Shown here in pieces: positions 1-14,300 of a DNA stretch of 64,000 nucleotides. A program made the translations under genes and the position numbers. The notes beneath the pieces were generated by a model. The model searched no databases and had not been told where the DNA came from. It saw only the letters and a list, made by a program, of their open reading frames with translations. Source of the DNA: the human T2T-CHM13v2.0 reference genome, Homo sapiens; assembly GCF_009914755.1 (NCBI RefSeq), contig NC_060928.1, one strand, 5' to 3'. Positions within the stretch are counted from its first letter, which is position 1. Each line of letters opens with the position of its first letter.

Positions 1-741
1 TTTTATGCACAGTATATAATACATACCTTGGGTCCTTTTATATTTTATGTACAGTATATAATACATACTTTGGGTACTTTGATATTTAATGTACAGTATA
101 TAATGCACACTTTGCGTACTGTGATATTTTATGTACAGGATGTAATACATACTTTGGGTAGTTTGATATTTTATGTACAGTATGTAATACACACTTTGGG
201 TACTTTGATATTTTATGTAGAGTATGTAAAACATACTTTGGGTAGTTTGATATTTTATGATCAGTATATAATACACATTTTGGGTATTTTGATATTTTAT
301 GTACAGTGTATAATACATACTTTGGGTACTTTGATATTTTATGTACAGGATATAATGCATACTTTGGGTACTTTGATAGTTTATGTACAGTATATAATAC
401 ATACTTTGGGTACTTTGATATTTTATGTATAGTATAAAATATATAGTTTGGGTAGTTTGATATTTTATGTACAGTATGTAAAACATACTTTGGGGAGTTT
501 GATATTTTATGTACAGTATGTAAAACATACTTTGGGGAGTTTGATATTTTATGAACAGTATATAATACACATTTTGTGTATTTTGATATTTTATGTACAG
601 TATATAATACATACTTTGGGTACTTTGATATTTTATGTACAGTATATATTACATACTTTGGGTACTTTGATATTTTATGTACAGTATACAATATATAGTT
701 TGAGTTCTTTGATATTTTATGTACTGTATAAAATATATAGT

Positions 742-817
742 TTTGGTACTTTGATATTTTATGTACAGTATATAGTTTGAGTACTTTGATATTTTATGTA
801 CAGTTTGTTATAAATGT
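742..817 (+). repeat. Example of the recurrent 35-bp + 41-bp variant-monomer cassette in HSat1A (about 48 copies between 742 and ~34935)
   Basis: Monomer registers at 742, 777 and 818 give units of 35 and 41 bp. The motifs are GTACAGTATATAGTTTGA then GTACAGTTT(A/G)TTATAAATGTTTGG. The same pair precedes monomers starting at 1481, 3267, 3637, 4509, 5712, 6082, 6956 and onward to 33198, 34070 and ~34935. Confidence 0.9.
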
Positions 818-3800
818 TTGGGTGCTTTCATATTTTATGTACTGTATATAATACATGCTTTGGGCACTTTGATATTTTATGTACAGTATATAATACATAC
901 TTTGGGTACTCTGATATTTTATGTACAGTGTATAATACATACTTTGGGTACTTTGATATTTTATGTACAGTATATAATACATACATTGGGTACTTTGATA
1001 TATTATGTACAGTATATAATACTTACTTGGGGTACTTTGATACTTTATGTACAGTATATAATACATAGTTTGTGTACTTTGATATTTTATGTACAGTATA
1101 TAATACATACTTTGGGTACTTTGATATTTTATGTACAGTATATAATACATACTTTGGGTATCTTGACATTTTATGTACAGTATATAATGCATACTTTGGG
1201 TACTTTGATATTTTATGTACAGTATATAATGCATACTTTGGGTACTTTGATATTTTATGTACAGTATGTAATACATACTTTGGGTACTTTGATATTTTAT
1301 GTATAGTATATAATACATACTTTGTGTAGTTTGATATTTTATGTACAGTATACAATATATAGTTTGAGTACTTTGTTATTTTATGTCCAGTTTAAAATAT
1401 ATAGTTTTCGTAATTGATATTTTATGTACAGAATATAGTTTGAGTACTTTGATATTTTATGTACACTTTATTATAAATGTTTGGGTACTTTCATATTTTA
1501 TGTACAGTATATAATACATACATTGGTCTCTTTGATGTTTTATGTACAGTATATAATACATACTTTGGGTTCTTTGATATTTTATGTACAGAATATAATG
1601 CATAGTATTAGGTACTTTTATATTTTATGTACAGTATATAATACATACTTTGGGTACTTTTATATTTTATGTACAGTATATAATACATACTTTGGGTACT
1701 TTGATATTTAATGTACAGTATATAATGCACACTTTGCGTACTGTGATATTTTATGTAAAGTATGTAATACATACTGTGGGTAGTTTGATATTTTATGTAC
1801 AGTATGTAATACACACTTTGGGTACTTTGATATTTTATGTATAGTATATAATACATACTTTGGGTACTTTGATATTTTATGTACAGTATGTAATACATAA
1901 TTTGGGTAATTTAATATTTTATGTATAGTATATAATACATACTTTGGGTACTTTGATATTTTATGGACAGTGTATAATACATACTTTGGGTACTTTGATA
2001 TTTTATGTACAGTGTATAATATATAGTTTGGGTACTTTGATATTTTATATACAGTATATAATACATACTTTGGGTACTTTGATATTTTATGTACAGTATA
2101 TAATATATAGTTTGGGTACTTTGATATTTTATGTACGGTATATAATACATACTTTGGGTACTTTGATATTTTATGTACAGTATACAATACATACTTTGGG
2201 TACTTTGATATTTTATGTACAGTATATAATACATAATTTGGGTACTTTGATATTTTATGTACAGTATATAATGCATACTTTGGGTACTTTGATGTTTTAT
2301 GTACAGTATATAATACATACTTAGGGTACTTTGACATTTTATGTGCAGTATATAATACATACTTTGGATACTTTGTTATTTTAAATACAGTATGTAATAC
2401 ATACTTTGGGTACTTTGATATTTTATGTACAGTATATAATACATACTTTGGTACTTTTATATTTCATGTACAGTATATAATATATAGTTTGGGGACTTTG
2501 ATATTTTATGTACAGTATATAATACATAGTTTGGGTATTTTGATATTTTATGTACAGTATATAATACATACTTTGGGTACTTTGATATTTTATGTACAGT
2601 ATGTAATATATAGTTTGGGTACTTTGATATTTTATGTGCAGTATATAACACATACTTTCGGTAGTTGGATATTTTATGTACAGTATATAATACATACTTT
2701 CGGTACTTCGATATTTGATGTACAGTATAGTATATATAGTTTGGGTACTTTGATATTTTATGTCGGGTATAAAATAAATAGTTTTGGTACTTAGATATTT
2801 TATGTACAGTATATAGTTTGAGTACTTTGATATTTTATGTACAGTTTATTATAAATGGGTGCTTTCATATTTTATGTACAGTATATAATACATACTATGG
2901 GCACTTTGATATTTTATGTACAGTATATAATACATACTTTGGGTACTTTGATATTTTATGTACACTACATAATACATACTTTGGGTACTTTGATATTTTA
3001 TGTACAGTATATAATATGTAGTTTGGGTACTTTGATGTTTTATGTGCAGTATATAACACATACTTTCGGTACTTGGATATTTTATGTACAGTATATAATA
3101 CATAATTTCGGTACTTCCATATATTATGTACAGTATGCTATATATAGTTTGGGTACTTTGATATTTTATGTCCAGTATAAAATAAAAACTTTTGGTAATT
3201 TGATATTTTATGTACAGTGTATCGTTTGAGTACTTTGATATTTAATGTACAGTTTATTATAAATGTTCGGGTGCTTTCATATTTTATGTACTGTATATAA
3301 TACATACTTTGAGCACTTTGATATTTTATGTACAGTATATAATACATACTTTGGGTAATTTGATATTTTATGTAGAGTATATAATACATACATTGGGTAC
3401 TTTGATATTTTATGTACAGTATATAATATATAGTTAGGGTACTTTGATATTTTATATACAGTATATTATATATATTATGTGTACTTTGATATATTATGTA
3501 CAGTATATAATATATAGTTTGGGTAATTTGATATTTTATGTACAGTATACAATATATAGTATTGGTACTTTGATATTTCATGTAAAGTATATAGTTTGAG
3601 TACTTTGATATTTTATATACAGTTTATTATAAATGTTTGGGTACCTTCATATTTTATGTACAGTATATAATACATACTTTGGGAACTTTTATTTTATGTG
3701 CAGTATATAATACATACTTTGGGTACTTTGATATTTTATGTACAGTATATAATACACAGTTTGGGTACTTTGATATTTTATGTACAGTGTATAATACACA

Positions 3801-6138
3801 TTTTGGGTACTTTGATATTTTATGTACAGTATATAATACATACTTTGGGTACTTTGATGTATTATGTACAGTATATAATACATACTTTGGGTACTTTGAT
3901 ATTTTATGTACAGTATATAATACATACTTTGAGAACTTTGATATTTTATGTACAGTATATAATACATACTTTGGGTACTTTAATATTTTATGTATAGTAT
4001 ATAATACCTACTTTGGGTACTTTGATATTTTGTGGACAGTATATAATACATGGTTTGTTTAAGTTGATATATTATGTACGGTATATAATATATAGTTTGG
4101 GTACTTATATATTTTATATACAGTATATAATACATACTTTGGGTACTTTGATATTTTTTGTACAATATGTAAAACAGACTTTGGGGAGTTTGATATTTTA
4201 TGAGCAGTATATAATACAGATTTTGGGTACTTTGATATTTTATGTACAGTATATGATACATACTTTGGGTACTTTGATATTTTACGTACAGTATATAATA
4301 CATACGTTGTGTACTTTGATATTTTATGTACAGTATATAATACATACATAGGGTACTTCGATATTTTATGTGCAGTACCCTATATATAGTTTGGGTATTT
4401 TGATATTTTATGTCCAGTATAAAATAAATAGTTTTGTTACTTTGATATTTTATGTACAGGTTATAGTTTGAGTACTTTGATATTTAATGTTCAGTTTATT
4501 ATAAATGTTTGGGTGCTTTCATATTTTATATACAGTATATAATACATACTTTGGGCACTTTGATATTTTCTGTACAGTATATAATACATACTTTGGGTAC
4601 TTTGATATTTTATGTACGGTATACAATACATACATTGGGTACTTTGATATTTTATGTACAGTATATAATATATAGTTTGGGTACTTTGATATTTTATATA
4701 CAGTACATAATATATATTATGTGTACTTTGATATATTATGTGCAGTATATAATATATAGTTTGGGTTGTTTGATATTTTATGTACAGTATATAATATATA
4801 GTTTGGGTAGTTTGATATTTTAAGTACAGTATGTAATATATAGTTTGTGTTATTTGATATTTTATGTACAGTATGCAATATATAGTATTGGTACTTTGAT
4901 ATTTCAAGTAAAGTATATAGTTTGAGTACTTTGATATTTTATATACAGTTTATTATAAATGTTAGGGTACCTTCATATTTTATGTACAGTATATAATACA
5001 TACTTTGGGAACTTTTATTTTATGTGCAGTATATAATACATACTTTGGGTACTTTGATATTTTATGTACAGTATATAATACACAGTTTGGGTACTTTGAT
5101 ATTTTATGTACAGTATATAATACACACTTTGGGTACTTTGATATTTTATGTACAGTATATAATACATACTTTGGGTACTTTGATGTATTATGTACAGTAT
5201 ATAATACATACGTTGGGTACTTTGATATTTTATGTACAGTACATAATACATACTTTGGGTACTTTGATATTTTATGTACAGTATGTAATACATAATTTGG
5301 GTACTTTAATATTTTATGTATAGTATATAATACATACTTCTTTGGGTACTTTCATATTTTATGGACAGTGTATAATACATACTTTGGGTACTTTGATATT
5401 TTATGTACAGTATATAATATATAGTTTGGGTAGTTTGATATTTTATATACAGTATATAATACATACTTTGGGTACTTTGATATTTTGTGTACAGTATATA
5501 ATACATACTTTGGGTACTTTGATATTTTATGTACAGTATACAATATATAGTTTGAGTACTTTAATATTTTATGTGCAGTATACAATATATAGTTTGAGTA
5601 CTTTAATATTTTATGTGCAGTATAAAATATATAGTGTTGGTAGTTTGATGTTTTATGTACAGTATATATTTTGAGTACTTTGATATTTTATGTAGAGTTT
5701 ATTATAAATGTTTGGGTGCTTTCATATTTGATGTACAGTATATAATACATAATTTGGGAACTTTGATATTTTATGTACAGTATATAATACCTACTTTGGG
5801 TACTTTTATATTTTATGTACAGTATATAATACATACTTTGGGTACTTTGATATTTAATGTACAGTATATAATACACACTTTGCATACTTTGATATTTTAT
5901 GTACAGTATATAATACATACTTTGGGTACTTTGATATTTTATGTACAGTATGCAATATATAGTTTGAGTACTTTGATATTTTATGTACTGTATAAAATAT
6001 ATAGTTTTGGTACTTTGAGATTTTAAGTACAGTATATAGTTTGAGTAATTTGATATTTTATGTACAGTTTATTATAAATGTTTGGGTAGTTTCATATTTG
6101 ATGTACAGTATATAATACATAATTTGGGCACTTTGATA

Positions 6139-8320
6139 TTTTATGCACAGTATATAATACATACCTTGGGTCCTTTTATATTTTATGTACAGTATATAAT
6201 ACATACTTTGGGTACTTTCATATTTAATGTACAGTATATAATGCACACTTTGCGTACTGTGATATTTTATGTACAGGATGTAATACATACTTTGGGTAGT
6301 TTGATATTTTATGTACAGTATGTAATACACACTTTGGGTACTTTGATATTTTATGTAGAGTATGTAAAACATACTTTGGGTAGTTTGATATTTTATGATC
6401 AGTATATAATACACATTTTGGGTATTTTGATATTTTATGTACAGTGTATAATACATACTTTGGGTACTTTGATATTTTATGTACAGGATATAATGCATAC
6501 TTTGGGTACTTTGATAGTTTATGTACAGTATATAATACATACTTTGGGTACTTTGATATTTTATGTATAGTATAAAATATATAGTTTGGGTAGTTTGATA
6601 TTTTATGTACAGTATGTAAAACATACTTTGGGGAGTTTGATATTTTATGTACAGTATGTAAAACATACTTTGGGGAGTTTGATATTTTATGAACAGTATA
6701 TAATACACATTTTGTGTATTTTGATATTTTATGTACAGTATATAATACATACTTTGGGTACTTTGATATTTTATGTACAGTATATATTACATACTTTGGG
6801 TACTTTGATATTTTATGTACAGTATACAATATATAGTTTGAGTTCTTTGATATTTTATGTACTGTATAAAATATATAGTTTTGGTACTTTGATATTTTAT
6901 GTACAGTATATAGTTTGAGTACTTTGATATTTTATGTACAGTTTGTTATAAATGTTTGGGTGCTTTCATATTTTATGTACTGTATATAATACATGCTTTG
7001 GGCACTTTGATATTTTATGTACAGTATATAATACATACTTTGGGTACTCTGATATTTTATGTACAGTGTATAATACATACTTTGGGTACTTTGATATTTT
7101 ATGTACAGTATATAATACATACATTGGGTACTTTGATATATTATGTACAGTATATAATACTTACTTGGGGTACTTTGATACTTTATGTACAGTATATAAT
7201 ACATAGTTTGTGTACTTTGATATTTTATGTACAGTATATAATACATACTTTGGGTACTTTGATATTTTATGTACAGTATATAATACATACTTTGGGTATC
7301 TTGACATTTTATGTACAGTATATAATGCATACTTTGGGTACTTTGATATTTTATGTACAGTATATAATGCATACTTTGGGTACTTTGATATTTTATGTAC
7401 AGTATGTAATACATACTTTGGGTACTTTGATATTTTATGTATAGTATATAATACATACTTTGTGTAGTTTGATATTTTATGTACAGTATACAATATATAG
7501 TTTGAGTACTTTGTTATTTTATGTCCAGTTTAAAATATATAGTTTTCGTAATTGATATTTTATGTACAGAATATAGTTTGAGTACTTTGATATTTTATGT
7601 ACACTTTATTATAAATGTTTGGGTACTTTCATATTTTATGTACAGTATATAATACATACATTGGTCTCTTTGATGTTTTATGTACAGTATATAATACATA
7701 CTTTGGGTTCTTTGATATTTTATGTACAGAATATAATGCATAGTATTAGGTACTTTTATATTTTATGTACAGTATATAATACATACTTTGGGTACTTTTA
7801 TATTTTATGTACAGTATATAATACATACTTTGGGTACTTTGATATTTAATGTACAGTATATAATGCACACTTTGCGTACTGTGATATTTTATGTAAAGTA
7901 TGTAATACATACTGTGGGTAGTTTGATATTTTATGTACAGTATGTAATACACACTTTGGGTACTTTGATATTTTATGTATAGTATATAATACATACTTTG
8001 GGTACTTTGATATTTTATGTACAGTATGTAATACATAATTTGGGTAATTTAATATTTTATGTATAGTATATAATACATACTTTGGGTACTTTGATATTTT
8101 ATGGACAGTGTATAATACATACTTTGGGTACTTTGATATTTTATGTACAGTGTATAATATATAGTTTGGGTACTTTGATATTTTATATACAGTATATAAT
8201 ACATGCTTTGGGTACTTTGATATTTTATGTACAGTATATAATATATAGTTTGGGTACTTTGATATTTTATGTACGGTATATAATACATACTTTGGGTACT
8301 TTGATATTTTATGTACAGTA
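6139..8320 (+). repeat. Near-identical copy of 1-~2180 (offset 6138 bp) within HSat1A
   Basis: The ORF pairs 86/6224, 448/6586, 818/6956, 1481/7619 and 1650/7788 have identical translations and a constant 6138 offset. The match ends near 2180/8320. Confidence 0.9.
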
Positions 8321-11300
8321 TATAATACATACTTTGGGTACTTTGATATTTTATGTACAGTATACAATATATAGTTTGAGTACTTTGATATTTTATGTGC
8401 AGTATAAAATATATAGTGTTGGTAGTTTGATGTTTTATGTACAGTATATATTTTGAGTACTTTGATATTTTATGTACAGTTTATTATAAATGTTTGGGTA
8501 GTTTCATATTTGACGTACAGTATATAATACATAATTTGGGCACTTTGATATTTTATGTACAGTATATAATACATACTTTGGGTAATTTTATATTTTATGT
8601 ACAGTATATATTACATACTTTGGGTTTTTTGATATTTAATGTACACTATATAATGCACACTTTGCGTACTGTGATATTTTATGTAAAGTATGTAATACAT
8701 ACTGTGGGTAGTTTGATATTTTATGTACAGTATGTAATACACACTTTGGGTACTTTGATATTTTATGTACAGTATGTAAAACATACTTTGGGTAGTTTAA
8801 TATTTTATGATGAGTATATAATACACATTTTGGGTACTTTGATATTTTATGTACAGTGTATAATACATACTTTGGGTACTTTGATATTTTATGTACAGGA
8901 TATAATGCATATTTTGGGTACTTTGATAGTTTATGTACAGTATATAATACATACTTTGGGTACTTTGATATTTTATGTATAGTATAAAATATATAGTTCG
9001 GGTAGTTTGATATTTTATGTACAGTATGTAAAACATACTTTGGGGAGTTTGATATTTTATGAACAGTATATAATACACATTTTGTGTACTTTGATATTTT
9101 ATGTACAGTATATATTACATACTTTGGGTACTTTGATATTTTATGTACAGTATACAATATATACTTTGAGTACTTTGATATTTTATGTACTGTATAAAAT
9201 ATATAGTTTTGGTAGTTTGATGTTTTATGTACAGTTTATATTTTGAGTACTTTGATATTTTATGTACAGTTTATTATAAATGTTTCGGTACTTTCATATT
9301 TTACGTACAGTATATAATACATACTTTGGGCACTTTGATGTTTTATGTACAGTATATAATACATACTTTGGGTTCTTTGATATTTTATGTACAGCATATA
9401 ATACATAATTTGGAGACTTTTATATTTTATGTACATTATATTATACATACTTTGGGTACTTTTATTTTTTATATACGGTATATAATACATACTTTGGGTA
9501 CTTTGATATATTATGTACAGTATATAATACATACTTTGGGTACTTTGATATATTATGTACAGTATATAATACATACTAAGGGTACTTTGACATTTTATGT
9601 ACAGTACATAATACATACTTTGGGTACTTTGATATTTTATGTACAGTATATAATGCATACTTTGGATACTTTGATATTTTATGTACAGTATATAATACAT
9701 ACTTTGGGTACTTTGATATTTTATGTACAGTATGTAATACATAATTTGGGTACTTTAATATTTTATGTATAGTATATAATACATACTTTGGGTACTTTGA
9801 TATTTTATGGACAGTGTATAATACATACTTTGGGTACTTTGATATTTTATGTACAGTATATAATATATAGTTTGGGTACTTTGACATTTTATATACAGTA
9901 TATAATACATACTTTGGGTACTTTGATATTTTGTGTACAGTATATAATACATACTTTGGGTACTTTGATATTTTATGCACAGTATACAATATATAGTTTG
10001 AGTACTTTGATATTTTATGTACTGTATAAAATATATAGTTTTGGTACTTTGATATTTTATGTACAGTATATAGTTTGAGTACTTTGATATTTTATGTACA
10101 GTTTGTTAAAAATGTTTGGGTGCTTTCATATTTTATGTACAGTATATAATACATACTTTGGGCACTTTGATATCTTATGTACAGTATATAATACATATTT
10201 TGGGTACTCTGATATTTTATGTACAGTGTATAATACATAATTTGTGTACTTTGATATTTTATGTACAGTATATAATACATACGTTGGGTACTTTGATATA
10301 TTATTTACAGTATATAATACATACTTTGGGTACTTTGATATTTTATGTACAGTATATAATCCATAGTTTGTGTACTTTGATATTTTATGTACAGTATATA
10401 ATACATACTTTGGGTACTTTGATATTTTATGTACAGTATATAATACATACTTTGGGTACTTTCATGTTTTATGTACAGTATATAATATATAGTTTGGGTA
10501 CTTTGATATTTTATGTACGGTATATAATACATACTTTGGGTACTTTGATATTTTATGTACAGTATATAATACATAATTTGGGTACTTTGATATTTTATGT
10601 ACAGTATACAATATATAGTTTGAGTACTTTGATATTTTATGTGCAGTACAAAATATATAGTGTTGGTAGTTTGATGTTTTATGTACAGTATATATTTTGA
10701 GTACTTTGATATTTTATGTACGGTATATAATACATACTTTGGGAACTTTGATATTTTATGTACAGTATGTAAAACGTACTTTGGGTACTTTGATATTTTA
10801 TGTACAGGATATAATGCATACTTTGGGTACTTTGATAGTTTATGTACAGTATATAATACATACTTTGGGTACTTTGATATTTTATGTATAGTATAAAATA
10901 TATAGTTTGGGTACTTTGATATTTTATGTACAGTATGTAAAAGATACTTTGGGGAGTTTGATATTATATGTACAGTATGTAAAACATACTTTGGGGAGTT
11001 TGATATTTTATGAACAGTATATAATACACATTTTGTGTACTTTGATATTTTATGTACAGTATATAATACAAACTTTGGGTTCTTTGATATTTTATGTACA
11101 GAATATAATGCATAGTTTTAGGTACTTTTATATTTTATGTACAGTATGTAATACATACTTTGGCTACTTTGATATTTTATGTACAGTATATAATACACAC
11201 TTTGGGGACTTTGATATTTTATGTACAGTATATAATACACACTTTGGGTACTTTGATATTTTATGTACAGTATATAATACATACTTGGGTACTGTGATAT

Positions 11301-14300
11301 TTTTTGTACAGTATATAATACATACTTTGGGTACTTTGATATTTTATGTACAGTATATAATACATACTATTGGTACTTTGATATTTTATGTACAGTATAC
11401 AATATATAGTTTGAGTACTTTGATATTTTATGTCCAGTATAAAATATATAGATTTCATACTTTGATATTTTTGTACTGAATGTAGTTTGAGTACTTTGAT
11501 ATTTTATGTACACTTTATTATAAAAGTTTGGGTACTTTGATATTTTACATACAGTATATAATACATACTTTGGGCACTTTGATGTTTTATGTACAGTATA
11601 TAATACATACTTTGGGTTCTTTGATATTTTATGTACAGCATATAATACATAATTTGGGGACTTTTATATTTTATGTACATTATATTATACATACTTTGGG
11701 TACTTTTATATTTTATGTACGGTATATAATACACACTTTGGGCACTTTGATATTTTATGTACAGTATATAATACATACTTTGGGTACTTTGATATTTTAT
11801 GTACAGTATATAATACATACTTTGGGAACTTTGATATTTTATGTACAGTATGTAAAACATACTTTGGGTACTTTGATATTTTATGTACAGTATATAATAC
11901 ATACTATTGGTACTTTGATATTTTATGTCCAGTATAAAATATATAGATTTCGTACTTTGATATTTTATGTACAGAATATAGTTTGAGTACTTTGATATTT
12001 TATGTACAATTTATTATAAAAGTTTGGGTACTTTCATATTTTACGTACAGTATATAATACATACTTTGGGCACTTTGATGTTTTATGTACAGTATATAAT
12101 ACATACTTTAGGTTCTTTTATATTTTATGTACAGCATATACTACAAAATTTGGGGACTTTTATATTTTATGTACATTATATAATACATACTTTGGGTACT
12201 TTTATATTTTATGTACGGTATATAATAGATACTTTGGGTACTTTGATATATTATGTACAGTATATAATACATACTTTGGGTAATTTGATATATTATGTAC
12301 AGTATATAATACATACTTAGGGTACTTTGACATTTTATGTACAGTATATAATACATACTTTGGGTACTTTGATATTTTATGAACAGTATATAATACATAC
12401 TTTGGGTACTTTGATATTTTATGTAATGTATATAATACATACTTTGGGTACTTTTATATTTTATGTACAGTATATAATATATAGTTTGGGTACTTTGATA
12501 TTTTATGTACGGTATATAATACATACTTTGGGTACTTTGATATTTTATGTATAGTATATAATACATACTTTGGGTACTTTGATATTGTATGTACAGTATA
12601 CAATATATAGTTTGAGTACTTTGATATTTTATGTACTGTATAAAATATATAGTTTTGGTACTTTGATATTTTATGTATAGTATATAGTTTGAGTACTTTT
12701 ATATTTTATGTACAGTTTTTTATAAATATTTGGGTGCTTTCATATTTTATGTACAGTATATAATACATACTAAGCGCACTTTGATATTTTATGTACAGTA
12801 TATAATACATACTTTGGTTACTCTGATATTTTATGTACAGTGTATAATACATACTTTGGGTACTTTGATATTTTATGTAAAATATATAATACATACGTTG
12901 GGAAATTTGATATATTATGTACAGTATATAATTCATACTTTGGGTACTTTGATATTTTATGTACAGTATATAATACATAGTTTGTGTACTTTGATATTTT
13001 ATGTACACTATATAATACATACTGTGGGTACTTTGATATTTTATATACAGTATATAATACATACTTTGGGTACTTTCATATTTTATGTACAGTATATAAT
13101 ATATAGTTTGGGTACTTTGATATTTTATCTACAGCTTATAATACATACTTTGGGTACTTTGATATTTTATGTACAGTATATAATACATACTTTGGGTAGT
13201 TTGATATTTTATGTACAGTATACGATATATAGTTTGAGTACTTTGATATTTTATGTGCACTATAAAATATATAGTTTTGGTACTTTGATATTTTATGTAC
13301 AGTTTATAGTTTGAGTACTTTGATATTTTATGTACAGTTTATTATAAATGTTTGGGTACTTTCATATTTGATGTACAGTATATAATACATAATTTGGGCA
13401 CTTTGATATTTTATGTACAGTATATAATACATACTTTGGGTACTTTTCTATTTTATGTACAGTATATAATACATACTTTGGGTACTTTGATATTTAATGT
13501 ACAGTATATAATATACACTTTCCGTACTTTGATATTTTATGTAAAGCATGTAATACATACTTTGGGCAGTTTGATATTTTATGTACAGTATGTAATACAC
13601 ACTTTGGGTACTTTGATATTTTATGTACAGTATGTAAAACATACTTTGGGTAGTTTGATATATTATGTACAGTATATAATACATACTTTGGGTACTCTGA
13701 TATTTTATGTACAGTGTATAATACATACTTTGGGTACTTTGATATTTTATGTACAGTATATAATATATAGTTTGTGTACTTTGATATATTATGTACAGTA
13801 TATAATACTTACTTGGGGTACTTTGATATTTTATGTACAGTATATAATACATACTTTGTGTACTTTGATATTTTATATACAGTATATAATACATACTTTG
13901 GGTACTTTGATATTTTATGTACAGTATATAATACATACTTTGGGTATCTTGATATTTTATGTACAGTATATAATGCATACTTTGGGTACTTTGATATTTT
14001 ATGTACAGTATATAATGCATACTTTGAGTACTTTGATATTTTATGTACAGTATGTAATACATACTTTGGGTACTTTGATATTTTATGTATAGTATATAAT
14101 ACATACTTTGTGTAGTTTGATATTTTATGTACAGTATACAATATATAGTTTGAGTACTTTGATATTTTATGTCCAGTATAAAATGTATAGTTTTCCTAAT
14201 TGATATTTTATGTACAGAATATAGTTTGAGTACTTTGATATTTTATGTACACTTTATTATAAATGTTTGGGTACTTTCATATTTTATGTACAGTATATAA

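Noticed and set aside
46-67. Small inverted repeat TATGTA-N10-TACATA and the TGTACA palindrome in each HSat1A monomer
   Set aside because: A 6-bp AT-rich stem is too weak and is expected by chance in this composition. There is no evidence of function.
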